The position numbers and the translations under genes were made by a program. DNA of 64,000 nucleotides, from the NCBI GenBank assembly GCA_965140445.1, contig OZ223236.1:4000001-4064000 (forward strand), read 5' to 3'. Under the pieces are notes generated by a model. The model was not told where the DNA came from. It saw only the letters and a list, made by a program, of their open reading frames with translations, and ran no database searches. Shown here piece after piece: positions 28,575 through 38,244 of this stretch. The stretch comes from Candidatus Ozemobacteraceae bacterium. GTDB taxonomy: Bacteria > Muiribacteriota > Ozemobacteria > Ozemobacterales > Ozemobacteraceae. Numbering within the stretch: the stretch's first letter is position 1; each line of letters starts with the position of its first letter.

Positions 28575-29522
28575 TTACTTTTGCTTCCCAATTTTCAAAA
28601 GAGAATCATACCATTCTCTCTCACAAATCTTACTGCCAGAGATTTCCAAATTAAGCCCTAAAAGAGGTAAAATTGAACCAAAGAAAACAGCCCAAATTCC
28701 AAACCCTTTAAAAAAGGTCTTTGCCAAGAATGCAAACAATGAATTAGTGCGTCTGATAGAAAAAAAGCTAATTCCACAAATTGCAGCGAAAACAAAGCAA
28801 ACAGCCGCTAACTCAGAAAAAACATGAAAGGGTCTTGTTCTAGTTGAAGTTGAAGCCGTTAGGGCAATTAAATCAAGCAAGCCACGATGCCTTAATAATT
28901 GATATCGAGAAATTCCAACTTTTCTTTCAGAGTGAGAAATAGGAATCTCGGTAATTTTGAATCCACGAGAGCTGGCCATCGCTGGAATTAAACGATGAAG
29001 ATCGCCCCTTAAGTTTAACTTTTTATAAACATCTTTTCGAATTGCTTTAAAGCCACAATTAATGTCATGTAAAGGGCAATCCATAAGCTTTGATGTCAAA
29101 AAATTGAAAATCTTAGAAACAAATATTTTCTTTGAGCTATCTTTCCTGGAAACTCGATACCCATTTACCAAGTCGTATCCCTCAGCAATTTTTTTCAAAA
29201 ATTCTGGAATGAGCTCTGGATGGTCCTGTAAATCAGCGTCCATGGTAATTGCAACTTCGCCTTCAGCAAGAGCAAACCCCTGCATTAAAGCGACAGATTT
29301 GCCATGATTACGGTAATGTCCAAGCAGTTTTACATTTGGAAACTCTCTCTGAAGCTGATTAACAACTTCAATTGTATTATCAATACTACCATCATCAACA
29401 AAAATAAATTCAAACTCCCAGCTGCCTTCTAATGCGCTTTTCGTTCTCATAAAAAGCTCTACCAATGTGGGGCTTTCATTTAACGCCGGTACAATTACGC
29501 TCACCAATTTAATTTTTTCCAC
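28575..29522 (-). CDS. GT2 polyprenol-phosphate glycosyltransferase (ArnC/GtrB-like)
   Basis: VIVPALNE, VDDGS, DADLQDHP, DINCGFK, two C-terminal TM segments. Confidence 0.88.
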   Translation of the reverse strand: MEKIKLVSVIVPALNESPTLVELFMRTKSALEGSWEFEFIFVDDGSIDNTIEVVNQLQREFPNVKLLGHYRNHGKSVALMQGFALAEGEVAITMDADLQDHPELIPEFLKKIAEGYDLVNGYRVSRKDSSKKIFVSKIFNFLTSKLMDCPLHDINCGFKAIRKDVYKKLNLRGDLHRLIPAMASSRGFKITEIPISHSERKVGISRYQLLRHRGLLDLIALTASTSTRTRPFHVFSELAAVCFVFAAICGISFFSIRRTNSLFAFLAKTFFKGFGIWAVFFGSILPLLGLNLEISGSKICEREWYDSLLKIGKQK

Positions 29523-29523
29523 G

Positions 29524-30984
29524 TCATTTTTTCCCAGTAAATATAAAACTAATCACATTAAACCCAGCAATAGCAAGAATAAACAGCTCTTCAAGACTAC
29601 CAATACTAGTTAAACGCTTCAAAAGGTAGCCGGGCCGCAAATAGAATTTTTTATATGCTCTAACAACAGCTTTGGACAAAAACTCACTCTTCAATTCACA
29701 GATGCTCTCTGAAAAAAAACCAGAAGTATGGAGATTGTTCATATTGGAACCAGAACCGTCCCTTATCTCAGGATGTTTCTCGGCTACCATTTCAAACAAT
29801 TCCGTCCCAGGGTAAGGAGTTAAAATACCAAAACTAGCCGTAGTTGGATCGAGTTTCTTTACAAAATCAATTGTTTTTCGAATGCTGGCAGCAGTCTCCC
29901 CAGGCCCCCCAAGAACAATGTGAGCGTGAGTGTCCAAACCAACCTCATGCGCCCATTTAAATGCCATTTCAGCTTGGCTCGTTGTTGTACCTTTTTTGTA
30001 TCGCTGGAGCATTTCATCTGAGCCAGTTTCAACGCCAAATTTGATTAAATGGCAGCCCGCCTTTTTCATTAACTCCATCGACTCGCGGTCAATCATGTCA
30101 ACTCTTCCATTGGCTATCCAGGATAATCCAATGTTTTCTTTAATTAGTCCCTCACAAATAATTCGATTTCTTTTTTTTGCGGCAGTAAAGGTTTCATCTC
30201 TAATAAAAACTTCTTTAAATCCCAACGCCTTAATAGATCTAAATTCTTCAAGAACCTTTTCAGCAGATCTATAACGCAGTTTATTACCGTAAAAAGTCGG
30301 AGCAGTACAAAAAACACACTTACCTGGACATCCCCTCGAAGTTTGCATGGTTGTGTAAGGAACGCGCTTAACCACAGGGTTAAAATAATCGGCATTTTTA
30401 GGTAAAAGAGTTCTATCTGGAATGGGTAAATCATCCATATCCATAAATGGGCGCATTTCATTTATTAATATTTTTCCGGATTTATCCCTGTAACCAATTC
30501 CTTTTACATTTTCCAGTCTTTTGCCTTCATATAAAGTTAACAGAAGTTCTCTTATTGTCTCTTCAGCCTCTCTAAGAACAATAAAATCAACAAATTCATT
30601 TTTCAGGCAAAATTCTGGCATAAAAGTTGGGTGGGATCCAAACATAATAGATAAAACCTCTGAGTTCATTGCCTTTATTTTGCCGATACACTCAGTATCT
30701 TTTTGAAACGACTGAGTGGAAGTCAAAATTACAACAGCAAAAATATCAGAAAATCGTTTTTCAACAAAAGACTGAAATCTGTCAGGCTCCATGTGAGCAT
30801 CAATAAAAATGCTTTCTAATTTTTCAAACTTAGAATGAGTTGCAACGTATAAATCGTTTAAAGGAGGCATTTCCATGCCACCGACTCTTTTGCCATTGCA
30901 CCAGCAGCCATAAACAAAATCCCTGACAATATTTTGCCCTGGGGTCCCGGTAGGGGGTTTCAAAAAAATTACTTTTTGTTTCAT
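29524..30984 (-). CDS. Cobalamin-binding (class B) radical SAM enzyme, HpnJ-like N-terminus
   Basis: PPL, GSHPT, TSRGCPGKCVFC, DETF, GVETG, PYPGT. Confidence 0.92.
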   Translation of the reverse strand: MKQKVIFLKPPTGTPGQNIVRDFVYGCWCNGKRVGGMEMPPLNDLYVATHSKFEKLESIFIDAHMEPDRFQSFVEKRFSDIFAVVILTSTQSFQKDTECIGKIKAMNSEVLSIMFGSHPTFMPEFCLKNEFVDFIVLREAEETIRELLLTLYEGKRLENVKGIGYRDKSGKILINEMRPFMDMDDLPIPDRTLLPKNADYFNPVVKRVPYTTMQTSRGCPGKCVFCTAPTFYGNKLRYRSAEKVLEEFRSIKALGFKEVFIRDETFTAAKKRNRIICEGLIKENIGLSWIANGRVDMIDRESMELMKKAGCHLIKFGVETGSDEMLQRYKKGTTTSQAEMAFKWAHEVGLDTHAHIVLGGPGETAASIRKTIDFVKKLDPTTASFGILTPYPGTELFEMVAEKHPEIRDGSGSNMNNLHTSGFFSESICELKSEFLSKAVVRAYKKFYLRPGYLLKRLTSIGSLEELFILAIAGFNVISFIFTGKK

Positions 30985-31022
30985 GTGTCTTTAATCTTAC
31001 CTATTCAATTTGTGGACAAAGT

Positions 31023-31051
31023 AGTATAACTTAAACTCAAACTTGGTTCAA
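31023..31051 (-). promoter_or_regulatory. Putative sigma70 promoter of the B12-rSAM operon
   Basis: Minus strand TTGAAC-17 bp-TATACT about 40 bp upstream of ATG 30984. Confidence 0.55.
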
Positions 31052-31079
31052 TGATTACCAAAACTTTAACTTGGATTAT

Positions 31080-31109
31080 AAAAAAAGCCCCTACCGGGGC
31101 TTTTTTTTT
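31080..31109. terminator. Intrinsic terminator (bidirectional form) after the pilin gene
   Basis: AAAAAAAGCCCC-TACC-GGGGCTTTTTTTTT. Confidence 0.85.
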
Positions 31110-31122
31110 ACAGCTTTGCCTG

Positions 31123-31659
31123 CTAGTTTATGCCATTAGCATAAATTTCATTCCAAGATTTATTCAACTGAAGGTTATCATCAAGAGAATAATTTGCTCC
31201 ATTAACTACTACATATACCTTATAAACATTTACGCTTTCCATAAATATAGGGGAAGAAGCAACTGTGTCATAAGGATCGGAAGGTGTTGTTGTTAAACCA
31301 GGTGCCCGATAGACTCCCATTGGCATTTTTTCACCTTTTGCATTTTCTACATAAGCCGCATTATCCTGTAAATAACCTTTAGTTATGAGCAATTTTATTT
31401 TTGAATCAGTGTTCACTAATCCATCGCCTTTGGAGTCTATTTTGTCAGTTAATTTTGTGTTGTTTTTCTCATCCCAAACACGCATATTTACAGCAGCTTT
31501 AATCGCTGCATAATTAGCTTTAAGTAATGCAACACGAGCATCAGTCATAGCTTGTTCACCAGCTCTAAAGAACTGAGGAGCAGCAACGGCAGCAACAATT
31601 GCCAAAATAGCAATTACGAGTAAGAGTTCCATAAGTGTAAAACCACGATTTCTTTTCAT
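31123..31659 (-). CDS. Type IV pilin/pseudopilin (candidate major subunit)
   Basis: KRNRG/FTLMELLLVIAILAIVAAVAAP class III signal with E5 and P22. Confidence 0.9.
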   Translation of the reverse strand: MKRNRGFTLMELLLVIAILAIVAAVAAPQFFRAGEQAMTDARVALLKANYAAIKAAVNMRVWDEKNNTKLTDKIDSKGDGLVNTDSKIKLLITKGYLQDNAAYVENAKGEKMPMGVYRAPGLTTTPSDPYDTVASSPIFMESVNVYKVYVVVNGANYSLDDNLQLNKSWNEIYANGIN

Positions 31660-31690
31660 CAGAAAATCCCCCTGTCGGAATGATTAAATA

Positions 31691-33412
31691 TTAAGATTTG
31701 CCAAGGTAACGCTTTTTGATATCCTCAAGACGCTCCTTGTAATTCTTGACCTTAGTTTCTGGTTCAGAGGTCACTTCATTATTGGCCTTATCTTGAACCA
31801 CCTTTTCTTTATCAGATAAAACAAGTCTTGGAGTAATCATTATTACAAGATTTGTTCTATTTTTTACTTTTCTGGACCACCTAAAGAAATCACCTAATAC
31901 TGGAATTTCCTTCAAAACGGGGACACCGTTTTTCTCTTTTAACTCTTCATCACGAATCAACCCACCAATTACAATAGTTTCACCGTCTTTTACTTCAACC
32001 ATTGTTTCAGCAGTTCTAGTAGTTGTGATTGGATTATCGTTTTTGAATCCCAATAAATCAGATATTACTGGAACAACACTCATGGTAATTGTCTTTGATT
32101 CAGGATTTACCTGAGGCTTTACGGTTAATGTAATGCCCACTGGAACAAATTCAATATTCTCTGTAGTTCCAGTTTGATTAACTGTCTGAGAGGACTTGTA
32201 AGGGTATCTCGTACTAATGTCTATTTTAGCTTCGTGACCGCTAAGAGTCATAAGTTTGGGCTGTGATAAAATTTTACCCTTATTATTTGATTGGGCACTT
32301 TCAAGTAGGGCTGTTAAACCAGAAAGATTCCATCGTCCAAATTGAAAATCATTAGCAGGGTCAGTCGTTGTATTGTTAGCTGTATTTGATTGAGGAATTC
32401 CCAAAGGGTTTGAAGTAGGCCTAACAGGCCCTTGATACCCACCAACCATTGTCCAGTTAATACCAAGTTTTCTTTCAAAACCTGCGTCAAGAGCAACAAT
32501 ATGGGCTTCTATAATAACCTGAGGAATTGGAGTATTAATTCTAGTAAAGTACTCTCTAATTACATCCATCTTATCCTGGCTAGCTGTAATCATTAGAATT
32601 CTGCGAACCTTATCAAAAAGATAATACTCTTTTCGGATTTGATTCACGCCATTTACAGCAGTTTGAGCATCGCTTGTTTCTTCTAGTTTTCCACGCTTTC
32701 CATAGAGGATAAAATTTAAATTATCTTCAAGATCTTCAAAATCAGTAACATACTCAAGTGTAAAGACTTCACTGGTGAATTCTTTAACTTCATCTTCATT
32801 TCTGGTAACGGTTGCCTGATCAATTTTTTTAACCATAGCTTCTGCTCTGGCAACGGCTTTTGGCTCGCCTGTTATGATCAAACTATTGGTTGGAACGTCA
32901 GCCAGAATTCTTAGCCCGCTGTCTACAGACAAAACCGTATCAACGATACCTTCAGCTTGTCTATTAACAAGAGCAATCATTTTGGTTACTTCAATCTTTT
33001 CAATTTTTTCTTCTGGAACTACTGCAGCAATAGGAGAAAAGTCCTTTTTCTTGCCAATTGCTTTAAAAACATGCAGATCTTTATCGTCAATGAACCAGCC
33101 ATAACCTTTGTTGGTAAGTAAAGAATCAAGAGCGGATTCAATAGTCTGGCCCTTAATGTTTACATCAACAATTTCATCAAGCTTTTCATGGGCTTTAACC
33201 TTTAACCCAGCCATTCCAGATAAAATCTGAACTCCAGTGCTTAAAGTCGCTTTTTTTAGGACGAGATCAACACCAGCATCCATAGAATCTTGAGGTGCAG
33301 TGCTTGCAGTCAAAATTCCGGCAGGAAAAGCGAGGCTGCTACAAAACAGCACGACAACCAAAACCAAAACGGTATTTAGTGCTGATAATCGATTTAAGAA
33401 AAATTTATTCAT
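31691..33412 (-). CDS. Secretin (PilQ/GspD family)
   Basis: Signal peptide, N-domains, PQVIIEAHIV, GETIVIGGLI, GVPVLKEIPVLGDFF, LVIMITP. Confidence 0.92.
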   Translation of the reverse strand: MNKFFLNRLSALNTVLVLVVVLFCSSLAFPAGILTASTAPQDSMDAGVDLVLKKATLSTGVQILSGMAGLKVKAHEKLDEIVDVNIKGQTIESALDSLLTNKGYGWFIDDKDLHVFKAIGKKKDFSPIAAVVPEEKIEKIEVTKMIALVNRQAEGIVDTVLSVDSGLRILADVPTNSLIITGEPKAVARAEAMVKKIDQATVTRNEDEVKEFTSEVFTLEYVTDFEDLEDNLNFILYGKRGKLEETSDAQTAVNGVNQIRKEYYLFDKVRRILMITASQDKMDVIREYFTRINTPIPQVIIEAHIVALDAGFERKLGINWTMVGGYQGPVRPTSNPLGIPQSNTANNTTTDPANDFQFGRWNLSGLTALLESAQSNNKGKILSQPKLMTLSGHEAKIDISTRYPYKSSQTVNQTGTTENIEFVPVGITLTVKPQVNPESKTITMSVVPVISDLLGFKNDNPITTTRTAETMVEVKDGETIVIGGLIRDEELKEKNGVPVLKEIPVLGDFFRWSRKVKNRTNLVIMITPRLVLSDKEKVVQDKANNEVTSEPETKVKNYKERLEDIKKRYLGKS

Positions 33413-33577
33413 ATTGTAAACAGACCCCCCATATTATTCTGGACCCCGCTAATTATTTTCAACATTCCTTGTCTAATTGACCTCAGGAAATGGATATTTA
33501 ACTTAACACAGCGTACACAATTATCCAACAGTTTTTTTTCTTCTCTTTTTTGAAAGATTTTATTAAACGCGTTGTGA

Positions 33578-33982
33578 CTATTCACCGAGTTTAACCTCTC
33601 TTTCGATACTTCCCCACTTCAATTTGCAGGACTTTTCATCCATTGAAACAAGTTCAACTTCTCTATATTTTTTGCCAGGTTGCAGCGGAAAGCTTTCTCC
33701 ATTTTTACTTTCAATAATGGCATTCCAGCCTCCATCCTCGCCTCTGAAAAATCCTTTGAGACTAAGAGTTTCAAAAAACTTTTCCTTAAACGGATGGTTT
33801 AAGCCAACAAAAGACTTTTTTAAGGCTTCAAGGTTGGTCTTTCTCATTGGGGCAACCCAGGAAGACATATCTAGTTCAGAGGTAGTATTTGCAACGCTCT
33901 CTTCTTTGGCAATCATGATAAAAAAAACAATACTGAAAGCAACCGCACCAATAACAGAAAACTGTAACCACTTATTCATCAC
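33578..33982 (-). CDS. Single-TM protein, PilP/GspC-like position
   Basis: N-terminal TM, HPF...LKG...AII pattern, lies between pilO-like and secretin genes. Confidence 0.5.
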   Translation of the reverse strand: MMNKWLQFSVIGAVAFSIVFFIMIAKEESVANTTSELDMSSWVAPMRKTNLEALKKSFVGLNHPFKEKFFETLSLKGFFRGEDGGWNAIIESKNGESFPLQPGKKYREVELVSMDEKSCKLKWGSIEREVKLGE

Positions 33983-34551
33983 AGCCCTCCCGTTTTATTC
34001 ATCATTTTTTCCAGCATTGCCATTTCGGATTTGTCTCTGGAAAAAAGCAACTCAAGATCCACATTTAAAACTAGTTCAGAACCGGATTTTTTTTCCATTT
34101 GCATGGAAGTAATTTTCGCAATCTGTCCTTCTGATTCCAAAAAAGCCAATGCCTTTAAGCTCTCGTCAAATCCACCTTCAAATCTAAGTTTGAATGGCCA
34201 CCTGACAATATTTCCATCTTCGACAAAATTTCCGCCACGTTCAATTTTCCATTTTCCTGGGAACTGCTGCTTCAAATTCTCAAATTTATCTTCGATCTTT
34301 CCATTCTCAGGATCAAAAGGAGGTAAAAAACTAGAAACCTTACGAAGTCCATCAGTTATCTGCTGACTTTGCATTTTTAACTTTTTGAGCTCATTTTCAT
34401 TTTCGCCCGCCTTCAACCTGGCCAAAGATTGCTCCAGCCTGGCAAGAACAACCTTTTTATCTCGCAAATCTGCAACTCCAGGGAATAAAATGCGCTGAGT
34501 GTATAACACAACAAGCATTACACCCACAATTGCTTTTAAAATGTTTTCCAT
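33979..34551 (-). CDS. PilO/GspM-like protein
   Basis: TM plus coiled coil plus PFKLRFEGGFDESLKALAFLE ferredoxin-like pattern. Confidence 0.7.
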   Translation of the reverse strand: MENILKAIVGVMLVVLYTQRILFPGVADLRDKKVVLARLEQSLARLKAGENENELKKLKMQSQQITDGLRKVSSFLPPFDPENGKIEDKFENLKQQFPGKWKIERGGNFVEDGNIVRWPFKLRFEGGFDESLKALAFLESEGQIAKITSMQMEKKSGSELVLNVDLELLFSRDKSEMAMLEKMMNKTGGL

Positions 34552-34553
34552 TT

Positions 34554-36035
34554 TTATCCCCCTAAGACCGCAGTAATTGAGAATTCCATAGCATCAGCAT
34601 TTTTGCCCTGCGGAAAATGAACTTTGACATCCTGCAATATAGGAATTTTCTGAAGTCTGTTCCAGAATGCTAATACAGCCTCTGTTTCAAAAGAATATCC
34701 CTTTATGAGCAAAGTATTATTAGCAGGAGAAACCATTATTTTCTCAAACCTTAAAGCCTCTGGTTTCTGAGCACTAATTAAAGCAATAGCAGCACTAACA
34801 AATTTTTGTTGAGAAAGTTCGCCTCTAACCACATTTGAAATTTGAAACAGCGAATTCATCCTGTCAGAATTAATTTTTATCTGATCAAAGAAAGGTTTAG
34901 ACTGAGAGTTTTTACGACTCAAATAATCAATTTTCTGCTCAAGAATTTTTGCATTTATTTTAATGAAAGCCAATGGAATCAACAAAAAGAACATTATAAA
35001 CATCCACGCAACTCTTGGACTTAAAGCAAACCTGAAAAAAGGAGGTCTTGGAGGTAGAAGACTTGTGGTTTTTTTGCTTGTTGCACCAAGGAACCATTCA
35101 AGATCTGAATCCTGTGAAATCTCCTCTTTGTATCCAGAATTCAGAGGATAAACTTCACCGCTGAAGGTTTGCTCCAAAAGCTCTTTCATTCCTGCAAGTT
35201 TCAAATAAGGCATTGCAAGAAGAATAGTCTGGTTTCCAGCAATTTTTTTCCTGGACCTGATAAAAGCGAAGAACGGAGTAATTCTGGCAAGAAGTTCTCT
35301 CTGGTTCTGCCTTATAATCTCAAGTGAATTTGGATCAGGATTCTTTACTTCACCAGTAAAATAGGTCTTAACCTCATCAAGCCCAAGCTTAAGCGTCCTT
35401 AAAAGTCGATCTTCCAGCTCTTTGAGAGACCCGGTAATTGCGGTTCTGACACCAATAATCTCAGAGCCTCTGGCAACAACCATGTTTACATCGGAATACC
35501 CAAGTGACAAAAGGCAAACCTGATCAGCAGTCTTTGTAGAAGACAACTGCTGCAAATATGATCCAATTAGTGCCTCAATAACAGTCACAACTCTTACTAA
35601 CGTGTGGCCAGTCTGATTAGCAATCGCCTGCAATTTTTCTACATAAGATCTATTTACATGCGAAACAAGATAATCACGACTTCCGCCTTCACCAGAAGAA
35701 AGCCTGCGCAAAGCAATTCTTGAATCAGCTTTGGTTCCAAAATATTCTTCTTTTTTAAGATCTATATGATTAAGAATTTCTTTTTCGTTAAGCTTTTCAG
35801 GAAAGGGGAGAATTTTTGATCCAGAATTCAGATGCAAAATGAGTGAGAATTGCCTAATTCCCTTAAAATCATCTTTCAAAACCCGTCTTAGAGTTTCAAA
35901 CTGATCACGGCCTTCAGTTATTTCAATTCTTTTTTGTTTCCATTTTTTTTCGCGGGGGTACATCAACTGAAGATAATTTTCTTCAATCTCAATTATTCCC
36001 TCGGAGGGATCCCCAAATAACTTTAAAAGACTCAA
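34554..36035 (-). CDS. PilM-PilN-like fusion (GspL-like architecture)
   Basis: N-terminal actin-like region (LSLGYSDVNMVV), TM, coiled coil, C-terminal PilN-like LLIKGYS...FSITA; AGGAGG RBS before the TTG start. Confidence 0.65.
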   Translation of the reverse strand: MSLLKLFGDPSEGIIEIEENYLQLMYPREKKWKQKRIEITEGRDQFETLRRVLKDDFKGIRQFSLILHLNSGSKILPFPEKLNEKEILNHIDLKKEEYFGTKADSRIALRRLSSGEGGSRDYLVSHVNRSYVEKLQAIANQTGHTLVRVVTVIEALIGSYLQQLSSTKTADQVCLLSLGYSDVNMVVARGSEIIGVRTAITGSLKELEDRLLRTLKLGLDEVKTYFTGEVKNPDPNSLEIIRQNQRELLARITPFFAFIRSRKKIAGNQTILLAMPYLKLAGMKELLEQTFSGEVYPLNSGYKEEISQDSDLEWFLGATSKKTTSLLPPRPPFFRFALSPRVAWMFIMFFLLIPLAFIKINAKILEQKIDYLSRKNSQSKPFFDQIKINSDRMNSLFQISNVVRGELSQQKFVSAAIALISAQKPEALRFEKIMVSPANNTLLIKGYSFETEAVLAFWNRLQKIPILQDVKVHFPQGKNADAMEFSITAVLGG

Positions 36036-36115
36036 AATAATCCTCCTGTCCAGAACTTATCTCCCGGATAATAGTCTCTTTTTTTACGCCCAAACCACTT
36101 TTTAGTCAAGATATT

Positions 36116-36565
36116 TTAACTCCCGTTGCGGGGAAAAACAACAAACTTTAGTGCAGTTCCCTCATAATCATTTACCTGCAACGCTACTGTAACAAGCTTT
36201 TTGGTTGGATCCCAACGCATTGTAGCAGAGGCGTTATTCAAAATTGGCTCATTTCGCCACAACAACTGCTTAGTTGATGAATTATAACTAAAATCTCGGA
36301 TTCCAGCCGGAGTTCGAGAAACATATGTTCCACTAACATCAGAATACAGACTTTTATTCCAGCCCCTAATGTTCTTGTACATTAAAAGATAGGTGTTCAT
36401 AAGCTTTGCCATAGACTGACTCTTTGATTCAATATGAGTATAAGTCCTGTTTTGCCAGTATATAACTGAAAAAGTTGCAGAAGCTAAAACGGCCAGTAAT
36501 GCAACAGACAACAATAGCTCCATAAGAGTTAATCCGTACCTGTTTTTGAATTTTTGTTTTTTCAT
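36116..36565 (-). CDS. Minor pilin/pseudopilin
   Basis: NRYG/LTLMELLL; start ATG 36565 overlaps the upstream stop. Confidence 0.85.
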   Translation of the reverse strand: MKKQKFKNRYGLTLMELLLSVALLAVLASATFSVIYWQNRTYTHIESKSQSMAKLMNTYLLMYKNIRGWNKSLYSDVSGTYVSRTPAGIRDFSYNSSTKQLLWRNEPILNNASATMRWDPTKKLVTVALQVNDYEGTALKFVVFPRNGS

Positions 36566-36993
36566 GGCAAAGCCGCCCACACAATCTGCCCCGCAGAATT
36601 CACAGTTACACGAGCAAAATTGTTTACCGGATTTTTACGACTAACATTGATTATCCGACTCCCTGGTGTTTTTTTTGCTCCATTTGAATCAAAATCAATA
36701 ACTGCAGTGCTGTTAACAATGTAATCTTCTGATAGTTCAAAACTTTTTGTCGCAACTTCATATTTATTGCTTCCAGCGGTGAATACAACCTGACTGAAAC
36801 CGGGCAAATCGAGCAATCCCATACTTCTGGCATACTCAATATCGTAAGCAAGACTCTGTATAGCTTTTGCATCAGCCCTTTTTCCTGTGTCCGTGTAGAA
36901 AGTTGGAATAGCAACTGCCGCAACAATAGCAACTAAAGAAATTACCAGAAGTAATTCCATAATTGTAAAAGCCTTACGTGATTTAAGAACCAT
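36562..36993 (-). CDS. Minor pilin/pseudopilin (FimT/GspH-like)
   Basis: SRKA/FTIMELLLVISLVAIVAAVAIP; IDFDSNG; VNSAGQI. Confidence 0.85.
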   Translation of the reverse strand: MVLKSRKAFTIMELLLVISLVAIVAAVAIPTFYTDTGKRADAKAIQSLAYDIEYARSMGLLDLPGFSQVVFTAGSNKYEVATKSFELSEDYIVNSTAVIDFDSNGAKKTPGSRIINVSRKNPVNNFARVTVNSAGQIVWAALP

Positions 36994-36995
36994 TA

Positions 36996-38210
36996 TTACC
37001 TTCCTCTAAAAGCCTGTGACATCTGGAAAATAGGCAAGATAACTGCCAACATGATAAAACCAACAATCCCGGCCATGAAGAAAATTATTAAAGGTTCAAT
37101 AATACTTAAGGTGGCTTTTATTGAGCTTTGCAGGACATCGTCGTAATAGGAAGCGATTTCATTGAACATTTTGTCAAGGTTTCCTGTCTGCTCACCAGTC
37201 TCAATTAATTTAAGTGCCATTGGAGGAAAAATTGGATTGCCCTCTAAAGCGAGACGCATGGTTGTCCCTCTTTCAATGAAGGTTCTCATTGACGCAAGAG
37301 TGTTTCTGGCAGTTGGCATGGTTAAAGTAGATTCAACTGCACCAAGAAGTTCAAGTAAAGGAACTCCAGCTCCTAGCAAAAGCCCGAGAGACTCTGAGAT
37401 GTGAACAATCAAATAGTTTCTTACAACCGCTCTAACGACTGGAATTTTCAGGGCAATTTCTCCAGCGATCCATCTTCCTGTTCTTGTTACAACTCCTAAG
37501 AAAGCGAGCAAAAAACCGACGGCTAAAAGAATTAAAAATACAACATAGTATTCCTTGAAAATATCACCGACCCCAAGAACTATTTTCGTCGGAAGTGGTA
37601 AAGGGAAATTAGCACTTTTGAACATCACAGCAAATCTCGGCAATGCAAAACCAAATAGAATTCCCAAGACTCCTGAAGTTACAAGAATTAGCAGAGCTGG
37701 ATAAGTTAAAGCACTAAACAACTGGTTTCTTAAAGCAACGGAACGTTGATTAACGCTGGCAAGTTTAACCAAAACTTCTTCCAACACACCACCTGTTTCT
37801 CCAATTCTAATCATATTTATAAAAAATGGAGAAAAGTGTTCGGGGTAGTTCGCCAGAGCGTCAGAAAAGGAATTTCCCTTTTCTATATCTCGTTTAACTC
37901 CGCCAACAATTCGCTTCAGGGTAACATTTTCTTCTCCCTGCTCAAGAGAAGCAAGAGCTTCAAGAAGAGAAACACCGCTTTTTATCATTACTGAAAGCTG
38001 AATCAAAAAAGCATTGAAGAGTCGCGCAGGAATCCATGAGAAAATTCTAACTTCTGAGTCTAATTTCCAGGAACCACCGGATTCATCCAATGAAAGAATC
38101 CAAAGATCCTTCTTTTCCAGCTCAGTCATTGCGGCCTGCTTATCCTGAGCTTCTAAGGTTCCCTTTAACTCCTGCCCATCATTATTTTTTGCAATATAAT
38201 CGAAAAGCAC
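36996..38210 (-). CDS. pilC: Inner-membrane platform protein PilC/GspF
   Basis: QLSVMIKSGV, GETGG, LTYP, GEQTG, IEP, LPIF. Confidence 0.92.
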   Translation of the reverse strand: MLFDYIAKNNDGQELKGTLEAQDKQAAMTELEKKDLWILSLDESGGSWKLDSEVRIFSWIPARLFNAFLIQLSVMIKSGVSLLEALASLEQGEENVTLKRIVGGVKRDIEKGNSFSDALANYPEHFSPFFINMIRIGETGGVLEEVLVKLASVNQRSVALRNQLFSALTYPALLILVTSGVLGILFGFALPRFAVMFKSANFPLPLPTKIVLGVGDIFKEYYVVFLILLAVGFLLAFLGVVTRTGRWIAGEIALKIPVVRAVVRNYLIVHISESLGLLLGAGVPLLELLGAVESTLTMPTARNTLASMRTFIERGTTMRLALEGNPIFPPMALKLIETGEQTGNLDKMFNEIASYYDDVLQSSIKATLSIIEPLIIFFMAGIVGFIMLAVILPIFQMSQAFRGR

Positions 38211-38244
38211 TTTTATTTCCTTCCGTTTTCAAGCTAAGAGAAAT

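Noticed and set aside
31051..31296. 81-aa ORF ending in CCC as a possible second precursor
   Set aside because: Runs through the terminator and antisense to the pilin gene; no leader motif.
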